A DNA stretch of 64,000 nucleotides from Vicugna vicugna (GCA_013265495.1 MU058463.1:2503523-2567522); one strand, 5' to 3'. Shown: positions 1-13,330, counted from the first letter of the stretch. Program-made: numbers and translations. The notes: generated by a model not told the origin, from the letters alone.

Positions 1-494
1 TTCAATGCCCTCTCTTAAAAGAAGAGAACACCACTCAAATACATTTGAAAGAAAGCTAAATTTATTATAACTTATTATCGGTTTCTGTGCAAGAGGGAAC
101 TGTATTTGTAGAATACAGTCTCTCTGAATGAAGCAAAGAGTGATCTTATAGTGGGTTTTGAGGAAGCGTGGAGTTTGGGGACTGCCGGCATTCAGGAGTA
201 CTGAAGGAATCTACGACTAATAGATTTGGGTGAGTTTAAAACTGTTCTGTGGTTATTAGTTTATGACTTGAAAAAAGGCCACAGAACAGTTAGTCATGTG
301 AATCTTTTTTGAGTTTGGAAAAGAGAAACTTTTAATTCTTACTCCATACTCAATTTAAGATAACAACCAGTTTAATATCATCCATATCTAATTCTTTGAT
401 TGCATTTGATGAGTTGAGGTTCTGGGAAGTGAATGTTTGTGCAACAAAATCTGGGGCATGCAGTGACAGATGGCACAGCACGTTAGTGCACCAA

Positions 495-760
495 TTAAGG
501 TTTTTGGTTGCAAGTAGCAGAAACCAACTTATCTACTTCAGGGAAAAAAAGGAAATATAGATTGAAAGGATAGTAATGATCACAGAATTGATGGGTTAGA
601 AGACTATGTGTGAAAAATAGGAAGAAACCAAGGCAGTTTCAGAGGTGTCAAGAAGCCAGATGTGAAAGGCACAAAGAAATTTTCTAGCAGGGATGATCTG
701 TCTAGGATGAGAGTGCTTCCAAGGCCCCCACCACTGCTGCTAGGGAGAATCCAGACATTC
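495..760. mobile_element. Old MaLR LTR fragment (MLT1J/K/L-like)
   Basis: GGTTGCAAGTAGCAGAAACCAAC...AAAAAAAGGAAATATAGATTG resembles the recalled MLT1 terminal motif; boundaries approximate. Confidence 0.55.
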
Positions 761-769
761 ATTTTCTCA

Positions 770-1290
770 TGTGATTAATCAGTAAATATTTATTGAGAAC
801 ATATTACATGCTAAATTCTGCTTCTAGTGCTAGAAATACAGTTGTTACTTCTTCCTTGAAATTTATGCTCTGAGGAGAAAGACATAATAAGTAGAAAAAG
901 TAAATATATGTCAGATAATAGTAGATGCTCCAGGGAAAATGTGTCCTATACTTAGTGTAAAAGGGTTATGAAGGGTCAGGAACTGGAGAAATTGGGCTAC
1001 AACTTGATACAGGATATTCAAGGTGGCACCTACAGATTATGTGACATTTTTGCAGAGAACTGAAAAAAAGAAGTAGAAAGTAATGTAGATATGTGGAGGA
1101 GGAGTGTTCCAGACTGAGAAAATAGCAGATGCAAAAGCTCTGAGACACAAATGTGTTTGGGGAACAGCAAGGAGGTGGATGTGATTGAAACAGTTAGGTG
1201 TTGGGACAGTGGGAGGAGACAAAGTCAGAGAAAATAGGGGTCGGGTTGGGGTTAGCAGGACGGGGTTACAGGGACTTTGAAATACATTCT
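770..1290 (-). mobile_element. LINE-2 3' fragment
   Basis: AAATATTTATTGAGAACATATTACATGCT...TAGTGCTAGAAATACA is the reverse complement of the L2 3' end, followed by purine-rich L2-like sequence. Confidence 0.7.
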
Positions 1291-1317
1291 AAAGACCCTA
1301 ACATTTGTTTATTCTTC

Positions 1318-1605
1318 TCTAGCTTTATTGAGGTATAATTGACATATAATGTTGTATAAATTTAAAGTATGCAACATAATGATGATATATGTATATATTG
1401 TGACATGATTATGACAATAAATTTCGTTAACATCCATCACCTCACATAGTTACCTTTTTTTTCTTGTGATGAGGATTTTTAAGTTCTATTCTCTTAATAG
1501 CATTATAATATACAGGACTGCATTGTTAACTGTAGTCACCATGTGGTATATTATATTCCCTGGAATTTCTCTTATAACTGAAAGTTTATTCCTTTGCAAC
1601 ACTTT
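1318..1605 (-). mobile_element. L1 3' UTR fragment (L1MA8/9-like)
   Basis: AGCTTTATTGAGGTATAATTGACA...GTTAACATCCATCACCTCACATAGTTACC, a typical L1MA 3' end in antisense. Confidence 0.8.
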
Positions 1606-1779
1606 CATCTTATATCACAAATTGGGGATCTATATTTCAGCAGGCCTATGTAATTGGCACAATAGGGAATTCTCCAAAACTAGGAAGAGGAGTTAGATAC
1701 CATGGAGACAAAAACACTAACACGTGCCTACTAGAGTCAGCAATTACAACGTTGTTTCAGCTTGTCATGGTCCTAAAAG

Positions 1780-2230
1780 CATAGGCTATGTCTAGCCACA
1801 GATCCCTCTCATCCCTGCATGCATGCCTCTTTCCAGAATGACTTTGCATTTTTCCTGTCAAAAGGAGATTTTTTTCCTCTACTCCTTGAATCTGAGCGTA
1901 TAAGATGGCTTTATTCAGTTGGACATTAATAAATACATCACAACAAATGGGTTGGAAAATAAAGTGCTTGTACATCAGAGCTTCCATTGTTGCTGCTTTT
2001 GGAACCCTGAAAGCACAGTTACGTGAATGAGCTCAAGCCAGTCTAGTGAATAGTGAGAGTCACTTAGCCCAGTTAACCAGCCCATCACTCCACTGATAGT
2101 CAGCCAAATGACAGACATGGGGAGAGGCCATCCTAGACCACCCAGCCCACAATCAATTTGCCAGCTAGATCCAGATATCCAGAGAGCTCAGCAGAGATCA
2201 GTGCCACTGGCTGAGCCAACCCACAAAATT
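1780..2230 (+). mobile_element. MaLR LTR (MLT1F/G/H-like)
   Basis: Core CTCCTTGAATCTGAG motif is shared with the MLT1 copy at 58216-58823, and the 3' part CCAACCCACAAAATT also matches. Confidence 0.6.
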
Positions 2231-2231
2231 A

Positions 2232-2480
2232 TAAGTGTCATTATACATTTGTCAAAATCCGTAGAATGTACAACACCAACAGTGAACCTTAATGTAAATG
2301 TGGACTTTGGATGATGCTGCTGTATCAGTGGAGATTGTAAGGAACATACCACTCTGGTTGGGGAAGCTGCCAATGAGGAAGGCTGTGTGGAAGGGCAGGG
2401 CATAAGTGGGAACTCTGTACTTCCTGCTCAATTTTGCTGTGAACCAAAAACTGCTCTACATTTTTTTTAATAAAAAAAAC
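2232..2480 (+). mobile_element. L1MC1-like 3' UTR fragment
   Basis: GTCATTATACATTTGTCAAAATCCGTAGAATGTACAACACCAA...GGAACTCTGTACTTCCTGCTCAATTTTGCTGTGAACC followed by an A-rich tail. Confidence 0.8.
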
Positions 2481-3833
2481 GAAGGTAATAAATACTCAAA
2501 ATTAAAAACAAGAAGCTAGCTAATACTTGCTTTTACCTACAAATCACCAAATATTTGTGCCTAAAGACTCATAGTGGTCTAAACTTCGAAATGGCCATGT
2601 AAATTACTGATGGAGTATATTCTCTTTCAATTTGAGTAAAGAATATGATATTAGGTTTTGGTTGAGAAAATGAAGAAAAACCATGTTAGTTTATTTATTT
2701 GCACACATAACTGTGCCTGATACCCAAAAGGAAGACCCCAGACTCTTGATTGGAGGAGAGATGCCTCATCCTCAAAGAAGAAGAAAATAAAATATGCAAG
2801 ACCTTAGGATAGCAAAATAAACCCACTTTGGATTTTTACCATTGGTAGCACTGGATAGGCTGTTAGGCAGAAGTTCTGTGGCCAGAAGGTCCAGTTCACT
2901 TCTTTCCTCTCCTCCCCTTCCCTAGAACAAACTCCCCAAATAAACATTACCTCATGTGCTCCCAGAGTGACTGATACTATCTCCGGGCTATTTATTTTAT
3001 TTTATTTTATTTTTTTACATTTTTTTATTCAGTAATAGTTACCTTACAATGTTGCATCAAATTCTAGTGTAGAGCACAATTTTTCAGTCATACATGAACA
3101 TGTATATATTCATTGTCACATTTTTTTTCCCTATGAGCTACCACAAGATCTTGTGTATTTTTCCCTGTTCTATACAGTATAATCTTGTTTATCTATTCTG
3201 CATTTTAAAATCCCAGTCTGTCTCTTCCCACCCCCGCGCCCTTGGCAACCACAAGTTTATATTCTATGTCTATGAGTCTATTACTGTTTTGTGTTTATTT
3301 TTTGTTTGTTTGTTTGTTTGTTTTTTAGATTCCTCATATAAGTGATCTCATACGGTATCTTTCTTTCTCTTTTTGGCTCACTTCACTTAGAGACATTCTC
3401 CAGGAACATCCATGTTGCTACAAATGGTGTTATGTTGTCGGTTTTTGTGGCTGAATAGTGTTCCATCATATAAATATACCACCTCTTCTTTATCCAGTCA
3501 TCTGCTGATGGACATCTAGGCTGCTTCCATGTCTTGGCTATTGTAAATAGTGCTGCTATGAACATTGGGGTGCAGGTGTCACTTTGGATTAGGGTTCCTT
3601 CTGGATATATGCCCAGGAGTGGGATTCCTGGTCATATGGTAAGTCTATTCCTAGTCTTTTGAGGAATCTCCATCCTGTTTTCCACAGTGGCTTTCCTTGC
3701 TTCCCTCTCCCACTCTTAATGATTTAGATGTCTTCTTTTACAATTTTGTGTTTATTCTTTTTGTAATTCATGGCAGTTATCTCCTTTCCAGTTATGAGTT
3801 TCTCATTTTTGTAGCATCCTGCTTCTTTTCTAT

Positions 3834-4620
3834 TTAGAGTAGACCTGTCAATATTTCTTTTAGCNNNNNNNNNNNNNNNNNNNNNNNNNNNNNNNNNNNN
3901 NNNNNNNNNNNNNNNNNNNNNNNNNNNNNNNNNNNNNNNNNNNNCTCACTCTTTGTTTTTCTCTTGCTGCCTTTAGGGTCATTTCTTTATCCTTGACTCT
4001 GGCCATCTTGATTATGATATGTCTTGTGGATCTGTTTGGGTTCTTTCTGTTTGGGACCCTCTGAGCCTCCTGGACTTGGATATCTGATTCTTTCTTTAGG
4101 TTTGGGAATTTTTCAGTCATGATTTCTTCCAAGACCTTTTCAGTCCCCTTTGTTCCTTCTTCCACTCCTGGAACCCCTATTATACATAGATTGGCATGCT
4201 TTATATTATCCCATGGGTCCCTTATATTGTTTTCATTGTTTTTTATTTGTTTTTCTCTCAGCTGTTCTGATTGGGTGCTTTCTGTTGACCTGTCTTCNNN
4301 NNNNNNNNNNNNNNNNNNNNNNNNNNNNNNNNNNNNNNNNNNNNNNNNNNNNNNNNNNNNNNNNNNNNNNNNNNNNNNNNNNNNNNNNNNNNNNNNNNNN
4401 NNNNNNNNNNNNNNNNNNNNNNNNNNNNNNNNNNNNNNNNNNNNNNNNNNNNNNNNNNNNNNNNNNNNNNNNNNNNNNNNNNNNNNNNNNNNNNNNNNNN
4501 NNNNNNNNNNNNNNNNNNNNNNNNNNNNNNNNNNNNNNNNNNNNNNNNNNNNNNNNNNTGCTTTCAGGTCTCTTGATCTTTTAATTGGGAGTGGTTCCTC
4601 TGCTTCTTCATATTGCTCAT
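3834..4620 (-). pseudogene. L1 ORF1p (RNA-binding protein) remnant, interrupted by two N gaps
   Basis: Minus strand reads MSNMKKQRNHSQLKDQE (then an in-frame stop), WDNIKHANLCIIGVP...KFPNLKKESDIQVQEAQRVPNRKNPNRSTRHIIIKM...LKAAREKQ, and ends LKEILTGLL* at 3834. Confidence 0.88.
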
Positions 4621-5944
4621 ATCTCTCTGGCACTGTGGCTTAAGGATTATCAGTTATCTAGTTCTCCTGGAGACGGTGTGCTGTTAATGATTTTATTGAG
4701 AGGTCTTTGTGTCTTTGTCCTGTTTTGTGAACTCAGCTTGCTGTTTCCAGAGGCCCTCTGTTGGTGCCCTTGTCTGTGCTGCTCCCAGTGGCTGTCGACT
4801 AGCAGATCGCACACCCTCCTAACACTGGGTCAGGAGCTGAACTCTTACCCGGTGGGCGGGCAGGTCACTCCCCCTCCTAATGCCGCAATCAGATGCTGTG
4901 CTTGGAGGGAGGCAGGTGGATGGATCATGCCCCCTCCCAGCACTGTGGTCAGTTGCTGAGTTCCTGCCAGGAAGGCGGGTGGCCACCTGCCCTCTCCCAG
5001 TGCCAGTCACTCCGCTGCTCTGTGCAGCTGCCTACTCTGCCTCGGGTGGATGCTCCAAAGGCAGGCTCGGGGAAGACCATGGAATGGCCCCGCCCCTGCT
5101 CCGTGCCAAATCTCAGCTCCTTGTTTGTCTTGGAAGAGCGAATTCTCTGAGGTGCTAGGGCAGAACGATCCTATCTGCCTCGGGCTGTAAACAAGTCTCA
5201 GTCCTGCCTAGGAGGTTGCAGAGCCCCCCAACCCCGTGTGGATTCAGGTCTTGGCCCCGCCCATGCCCGGGGGCTGTGCACAGGAGGAGATGGGGCTGTG
5301 GCTGCACCTGCCTCTCTTCTCACAAGAAGCGCCAGTAATGGTGGCGCAGGTCTGAGGAGACAAAGGCTACGGCACCCCTCCCCCCAGGGCACACCAGCCA
5401 CATTGCTTGTTTTGCAATTTTTGGGGGACCGAGGTTGTTCTGCCCTGTGCACCCACAGCTATGGTGCGCAGCACCCTGCAGTCCCCCAGGGCTGCTTCAG
5501 TGCAGCTGCCCCAGTCCTCCGCCCGGCTTGGGCAGCCTGTCCTGGTCCCAGCTGCTGGCTCGGCTCGCGTCTTGGGCTGGGTGTTGCAGGGATCCTTTGT
5601 GCCCATTTAACTCAGTTCTGTTGGTCAAGGGGTGATTGGGGTAGATCTGAGCCTTGGAGGCTCCCCCTCCGTCGCGCTGGCCTCTCCATTGGAGAGGGGA
5701 GACCCAGCGAAAGAGTGCCAGTCCTCCTTTGCCGCTCCCTCCCCACAGGCTCAGTCCCACACTGTTTTGCTTTTTCTTCTTTCTTTTTTCCTTTTTTCCT
5801 ACCAGATTTTTGGCGTCTTTGTCTTTCGAAGAGGGCGATGTTCTGTTGGAGTTCAGCAGCTGCTCTGGTTGGCTGAGTAGATCCGTAGATGTGAGTTTTG
5901 GTGTATTTGTGGGAGAGGGTGAGCTACAAGCATCCTTCTACTCT

Positions 5945-5953
5945 GCCATCTTG
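5945..5953 (-). promoter_or_regulatory. YY1-type motif at the L1 5' end (internal Pol II promoter)
   Basis: GCCATCTTG (CAAGATGGC on minus) lies about 13 nt inside the TSD, where L1 5' ends usually carry a YY1 site. Confidence 0.7.
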
Positions 5954-8900
5954 CTTCTCTGTCTCTCTCTGGGCTATTTTTATTCTGAGAAATTCAACTG
6001 GCATTGTCTCAGAATGGATGAACACATTAACAGTCATCACACTATAAACTCATCAATTAAAAAAATAATTTAATGTAATTTCATAATAAAAATTGTTCTA
6101 AATAATTTTTGAAAAAGCAACTAAACAATTTATTTGAGGGAATTCTGTTTTGAAGACTAGGAAGAGTAGTATTGGAAGAGATTGCTTCCAGAAATTCTGA
6201 AGTGCTCGCTCTCAGTCATAAGATCAAAGAGCCCAGGATTGCTGAAATAACCCAAAGATTATTCCAGAGCGTCCCTGGGAAAATCAAAGCATAAATTACT
6301 TTGCTGGTCATTTTGATAGAGGAAAGACATTATCTCATGATGCCAGCTTCAGAAGAGTGTTCAAAATGAAATTTGTTTCATATTTATGACATTAACATGG
6401 TCAGTATTTTATTTTCTTCAGCTTCATGGAGCAATAATTGACAAATAAAATTATACTTGATTGTGGGAATCCTTTCACAATGTATGAGTATTTTAAATCA
6501 TGATTCAGTTTATGACATATCTATTAGTTTGTGTGACTACAAAATGTTACATTGTTGCTATGTGTATATAATACATGTGTATTCATTATATGAATATATT
6601 TTATGTAACATATAAGATATTATATAAATGTGCTCTCCATTCCAATTTTTTTCTCTGTTATCCATTTATTGTGCACATTATCTTCTTTATGGGAGATAAT
6701 TATTCTTTATGGAGTCTAAATATGGACTCTCCTCCCAGCCAAGCTACTTAAAATTTATCCAAAGACAGTTTCCACTTGTTTTTGAAAAGCAAAACCAGAA
6801 ACTGTGTCTAATGTTCCAGCAACAGAGATGGCTAAGCAGCTCAGAGGTGTTTGGGCTAATATTCTGCCTAATGCAATCTTCCTGTTATCAGCCCATCAGC
6901 AGCTCATCATCCTTTCAATAGTGTAATATAAGTGGCTAACCCCCTAGAGCTGATTACATCACAAAGGGATCACCCCAGTCCCATTCTGGGAATTAAACCT
7001 ACAGACAAAGGGCAGGCAGCTGGGCCGCCCGCATCAATCTGACATCGGTTATTTGCTACGTACATTAGTACAATCTGCTGCCACAGGACAGAATCATAAA
7101 CATTCTAGCTGCAGTCTGAAGACCCCGTTTTTAAAATATTAACATCCTTCAGTAGGCTTCGAGAACTCGGTAATATAGTTAAATTCATAGCAACTGAGGA
7201 TGTAGGAAAACCCAGTGAAGCTGGAAAGGCTCTGAATTCTGCAAGACAAGTGTTTGGGAGTCTGAAAATTAGAGGCACTGAGTTGAACCTAGGCAAAGAG
7301 CAGAAAGTGTCATCTATAATCACTCAACAGTGATGCCTTTTCCCCAACTCAGCTTCCTAAGAACTTTTTCCTTCTTGTTAATTGCTTTACCATTTGGAAA
7401 TCTTGATTCATTTGAAACAGGAATTGCAGTAAACAGTGTCACGATTTTTACTTGTATTTCCTGGTTGCCTTATAACCATTTGAAAAAAAAATTCATATAT
7501 TTCTGGCCTCCTGCTTTGGAAATATGCCCATGGGGAAGGTTTTCAGATATATTCCAACCTTCTTATCTTATTAGAATTTACTAGTTGTAAGTCACTTACA
7601 CACTTGCATGCAAATATTAGGGCAGAGTTTTAAGATTTTTTTATTGCCCAGTGCGAGAATCTGAACTTCTGAAATGCTGTCAATTCCGTGCCTTTCCCAG
7701 ATGCTGCGTATACACCCTTTCATCATTTTTCTGTCTTAGTACTTCCTGCGACACTCCTTTGTCAAATAAGATTACATATTAAAAGGAGCTCCATTTGAAA
7801 TAGCTCTCCCCACTAACACAATTTGCATGCCTGGCAGCTAAAGAGGAATCTTATTTCAATTGAACTCTATTTAGGCCCTTGAATCAGGATGTTACTCAGT
7901 TCGTCTTTAACACAATCAGTCAAATAACCCTGTTCCTAGAAGCCCAGGACCTGAGAGAGACTGGTGAGGGCTAAACTAAATCATGTTAAGGATAACAATA
8001 TTAATGAAAACAGAAAATTAGACTTACAGTCTAGAATGAATTTAGATATTCTAGAATAAGTGTATCTTTAGATATTTTAGGTAGTTCACGTGCTTTGTTA
8101 TTGATTGGTAAAGCAATAAATATTGAAGAATAAATAAGGTGAATCAAACTTTTCCTTTCATTGAAAATCTTTTGAAAACTAGGTACCCCTAAGGCTAATT
8201 TAAGCCCCACATAGAAAGAAGGGCACTGAACATTTCATTCAAATTTTGTTGCAGTCTTCGCAGCAAGGGAGATGGATGTGAAAATGATTTTTTAAAAACT
8301 GGTTAAAAATGTTGAATTTGATTTGGAACTATGATTTAAAAGACATTCCGGAAAGGAGGCACACATAGTCGTCTCCGTGACAACAAGCTCACACCAGTGG
8401 TACCAAGTGCAGTGTGTCCCTTATTTCCCAGAATTCCTTTACTTTGTCTGGATTATAAGGGATGGTCCTCAATTAGTTGTGCTATGTTTTTTCTTGCTTG
8501 GTAAGCATTTTTGGTCAAACAAGGAATGGCAGAGATCCACAATTAGATCAAAAGATCAATCCTAATGTACCATTTTCTCCTCACCCTCCTGCTGTAATAA
8601 AGTGGCTGCAGCTCTCCAGGGGACAACTCAAAATCCTAGGACTGATATTTCTAAATTAGCTGACTCTCTGACCTTGCTGGTAATTGCGTTAGTTTATCAA
8701 TGTTGAACACAATTTATTACTCTCCAATATGTACCAAAGTGTTTATCTCTCAACACTAACAATATTAAAAAATCTAAACTATCTATTGCAGCACAAAGAG
8801 GCATCCTTTCATTAGGGAAAAACATAAATAAGTGGGAAATGTCACATGACCTGCCTTAGCCCAGAAGGGTTGTGATGACTCCGGAAAAGGAGAGGACAGC

Positions 8901-10489
8901 TGCCTCCTTCTCTGACTTGACAGCGTCATGTTTGTAATAACTGGAAGAAGAGAAATCAAGTTTTATTTCCATTTGCGTGTGTGAGATGCAGGAATGAAGT
9001 GGTGTTTTCTGCATTACCAAAGCAATGGCTTTATTCTAAGAAAAATGGTGTTGATAAAGCCTTATCAAAACATTTAAAAGCAATGGGAGTACAGATAGCA
9101 CCTCACTTTGACTTTCAGCTTGGAAAAGCGTTAAGTTCATAGGTCTTATTTTGAGATGAAGGAAATCAACAGCATTCCTTCACTACTTCATCTTAATCAT
9201 TTTGTTATACATTATTTAAATCTTGTGTTTGATTAGGTTGGTGAACGATCTGTGACAAAACTCAGTGTATGTTAAATTAAGAGCAATCTTGCATTGAATT
9301 TTTGCAGAAGAAATGTTTTCTAGTTTGAACATACTATTGACAAGAAAATGTGGCATGACCTGGCTGTGGACGATGTTGATAACCTGCCTCAGGTAGGAGT
9401 AGGTGTGATAAAGATCATGCTGTCCAACTGTAAATAATGAGCTGCCTTTTATCTGCTCTCCTTCTGCCCAGAACTAGTCTTTTCTCTGCTGTTTCTTCAC
9501 AGATGGTACAGAAGTCAGGAAGTATTCAGTCACATCCATCCACTCACCCACCAACTATTTCCCATTAAACTGAATCCCTGGGTTCATTCCTCACTCATAA
9601 GAAATAAGTTTCAAAGGCAGATGGTACTGGAATAAACTGGTCTGAAGGCACGCAAAACACTTTTCTTCTCAAGATCTGAAAGTCTTTATAGCTCATTGTT
9701 ATTACTATTATTATCATTATTTTACTTTATTAATAACTGTTAGGCTAATGTTCTTTCAAAAGCAGATTTGTTGAAATGTCTTTTTCACAAGCTCATTTTA
9801 GTGCAGAGAATAACATTTCTTTGGGAAGGGAACTGTTAGATTTGCCTCCTCTCTGCAAGTTACTCTAGAGTTTTCCATAGCACTTAAAATCCATATTTAG
9901 GAAACTTTATTGTTTTAATTACAGGCCAAAGTCATAGAAATTTTTTTAGTTTTTAAAAGTCCTCAACTTGTCTGACATTCTTTTAGTGTTTGAGTGCTGC
10001 TTACGCGACATTAACATCGCCAACCTGAATCGTGAAAGCCCCAAAGTGGATCTACTGTGTGTGTTAACTCAAACTAAACTCCACATGCAATCTGCTATAT
10101 TTTAGATTTGGACTAAACACTCATTGAGCACCTATAAGGAACCAGATTCTGTTCTCTTCATTTCATGTACACATTGTATCCTTTCTCATCACTTGGAAAA
10201 TATGATAAATGAATTTGTGTCCACTTTAAGATAATGTTACTCAGATGCTTTGACTAGCCTCATAACATTTTCCTCTTAAATAAAAAATGCAATATATTTT
10301 ATTTTCATTCAGATAAAAATGAATAAATAAAAGGTATAATTTTGCACAATAAAAGTCTTTGTATTTTATCACAATAGCAGCTTTTGTAAATGTCAAATAT
10401 CTCCTAGGGAAAAGGGGCAATGGAAATTTATTAGCTGCCTACCGTTTGCTCCCAGAAGCTCAACACTGTTACCCGCTCTCTCTAAAGCG

Positions 10490-10680
10490 AGCGTTTGTTT
10501 TGTGACAGGCACTGTGCTTAGTACAGGGGACACTGAGGGTGAATAAGGTAACGCTCCAAGCATTTGAGGGAGAAGTGAGGAAGCCCTGTCTGACACAGAG
10601 GTGATGAGTACCGTGTCATAGGAACATGCAGGAGGGTGGGCTGACTGTGCAGGCAAAGGAATGCTGAGGTGGAGGGCCTC
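10490..10680 (-). mobile_element. LINE-2 fragment
   Basis: TGTGACAGGCACTGTGCTTAGTACAGGGGACAC...TGAATAAG resembles the antisense L2 3' end. Confidence 0.55.
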
Positions 10681-13330
10681 CTTCTGCTTACAGTCCCTCT
10701 GCTCCCCTCTCCCTCCTTCTCTGCCTCCCTCCCTCTCTCCCTCTTCTTCCTCCTTTCCTTTTCACTTTACTAGATTTTTTTAAATTACAAAGCATTACCT
10801 GATTTTTATAACACATTGAACAATGCAGAGATAAAGAAATAAGCAATGCAGAATATAGAGAGCAAAGGTTAGTAAGTGTCTCACTGCATAGTCCAAATAA
10901 TGATAATTCTCTGAGGTAACTACAGAGAAGAGATGCTATATGCATTTTTAAAAAAAAAATGGGATTAAACTATGCAGATTATTTGGTAACTTTCTATTTA
11001 AAATTTTTTGTTATCAATTATATTTTATTTTCTTTTTTGATTTACAATATTATATTAGTTTCAAGTGTACAGCATATTGATTATTTTTGTAGATTATACT
11101 TCATTAAAAGTCGGTACAAGATAATGGCTATAATTCCTTGTGCTATCTAATACATCCTTGTTGCTTATCTATTTTATACATGGTAGTTTGTATTTTTTAA
11201 TCCCCTCTCCCTATCCTGCTCCTCCCCCCTCCCCTCTCCCCACTGGTAACCACTAGTTTATTTCCTATATCTGTGAGTCTGTTTCTGTTTTGTTATATAC
11301 ATTCATTTGTTTTATTTTTTAGATACCACAAATAAGTGATATACAGAATTTGTCTTACTCTCTCTGACTTATTTCACTAAGCATAATATTCTCTAGGTCT
11401 ATACATGTTATGCAAATGGCAAGTTTTATGCTTTTTTATGGCTGAGTAATATTCCATTGCATACATACATACATACATACATATACCACATCTATCCGTT
11501 CATCTGTTGATGGACACCTGGGCTGCTTCCATATCTTGGCTATTGTAACTAGCTCTGCTATGAACATTGAGGTGCACATGTCTTTTCAAATTAGTATTTT
11601 TTTTCTGGATATATATCCAGGAGTGGAATTGCTGGATCATACATAGTTCTATTTTTAGTTTATTGAGGAACCTCCATACTGTTTTCCATAGTAGCTGCAT
11701 CAATTTAAATTGACAGCAACACTGCGCAAAAGTTCCCTTTTCTCCACATCCTCATCAACATTTGTTATTTGTGGTCTTCTTAATGATAGCCATTCTGACA
11801 GCTGTGAGGTGATAGCTCATTATTGTTTAGATTTACATTCCTCTAATAATTAGTGATGTTGAACATCTTTTCATGTGCCTGTTAGCCATCTGTATGTCTT
11901 CTTTAGAAAAATGTCTATTCAGGTCCTCTTTCCATTTCTTGACTGCACTGTTCGTTTTTTTGATATTGAGTTGTATGAATTATTTCTATATTTTGGATAC
12001 TAATCCCTTGTCAGTCTCATCATTTGCAAATATTTTCTCCTATTCCATAGGTTGTCTTTTAGCTTTGTTGATGTTTTCTTTGTGATGCAAAACCTTTTAA
12101 GTTTATTTTGGTTCCATTTGTTTATTTTTGCTTTTATTTCTTCTGCCTTAGAAGACAAATCCAAAAACATATTATTATAATTTATGTCCAAGAGTGTTCT
12201 GCCTGTGTTCTCTTCTAGGAGTTTGATGATTTCAGGCCTTACATTTAGGTCTTTAATCCATTTCGAGTTTATTTTTGTAAATGGTGTGAGGAAATGTTAT
12301 TTCACTCACTGAAGAGACTGCCTTTTCTCCATTGTATATTCTTGTATGATTTTTATCCTTCCTTCTGTTGATGTGGTGTATCACATTGATTGATTTGTGA
12401 ATATTGAACCATCCTTGTGTCCCTGGAATAAATCCAACTTTATCATGGTGTATGATTCTTTTTATGTATTGTTGGAATCAGTTTGCTAATGTTTTGTTGA
12501 GGATGTTTGCATCTATTGTCTCCAAAATATTGTCTGGTAATTTTCTTCATTGGTATTATTTTTGTCTAGTTTTGGTATCAGGGTCATGGTGGCCTCATAG
12601 GAAAATTTGGGAGTGTTCTATCCCTTTCAATTTTTTAGAATAGTTTGAGAAGAATAGATATTAGTTCTTCTTCATATGTTTGTTAGAACTCCCCTGTGAA
12701 GTCATCTGGTCCTGGATTTTCATTTGCCGAGAGTTTTTTAAATTACAAATTCAATTTCCCTACTAGTGATCAGTCTGTTAAAATTACCTGTTTCTTCTTG
12801 ATTCAGTCTTGGAAGTTTGTATGTTTGTAGAAATTGGTCCTTTTCTTCTAGGTTGTCTAATTTGGTGGCATATAACTCTTTGTGGTACTCTCATGACTTT
12901 TCGTATCTCTGTGGTATCTGTTGTTATTTCTCCTCTTTGATTTCCTATTTTGTTTGTTTGGGTCTTCTTTCTTGGTAAACCTGGCTAAAAGTGTATTCAT
13001 TTTGCTTATCATTTTAAAAAAACAGTTCTAGATTCTGTTGATTTTTTTTTGGTTTTCTATTTTTTTATCTCTATTTTGTTTATTTCATCTCTGATTTTTG
13101 TTATTTCCTTCCTTCTGCCAACTTTGGGCTTTGTTTTTCCCCTTTTTTCTAATTCCTTTAGGTGGCCCATTAGGTGTTTTGTTTGAGATTTTTCTTGTTT
13201 CTTGAAGAAGGCCTATATCATTGTAAATGTCCCTCTTAGAACTGCTTTTGTTGCATCCCATAGATTTTGGAGGGTGGTGTTTCCATTTTCATTTATCTTG
13301 AAGTATTTTCTGATTTCCTCTTTGATTTCT

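Larger units (their letters stand above)
2980..5979 (-). mobile_element. Lineage-specific L1 derivative: 5' UTR + ORF1 + last ~360 nt of ORF2 + 3' UTR; ORF2 internally deleted; TSD-flanked
   Basis: TSD TCTCCGGGCTATTT (2980-2993) and TCTCTGGGCTATTT (5966-5979). T-rich tail at about 2991-3016. Region 3017-3692 aligns by eye to the L1 at 55309-55994. ORF1 peptide at 3945-4297. GC/CpG-rich 5' UTR at about 4620-5965. Confidence 0.92.

Noticed and set aside
1..420. Possible reverse-oriented LTR remnant
   Set aside because: Only generic TTTATT and TTATAG motifs; I could not assign a family or termini.
5238..5876. 212-aa antisense ORF in the L1 5' UTR (ORF0-like idea)
   Set aside because: It starts at GTG, lies in GC-rich stop-poor sequence where several frames are open, and has no recognisable domain.
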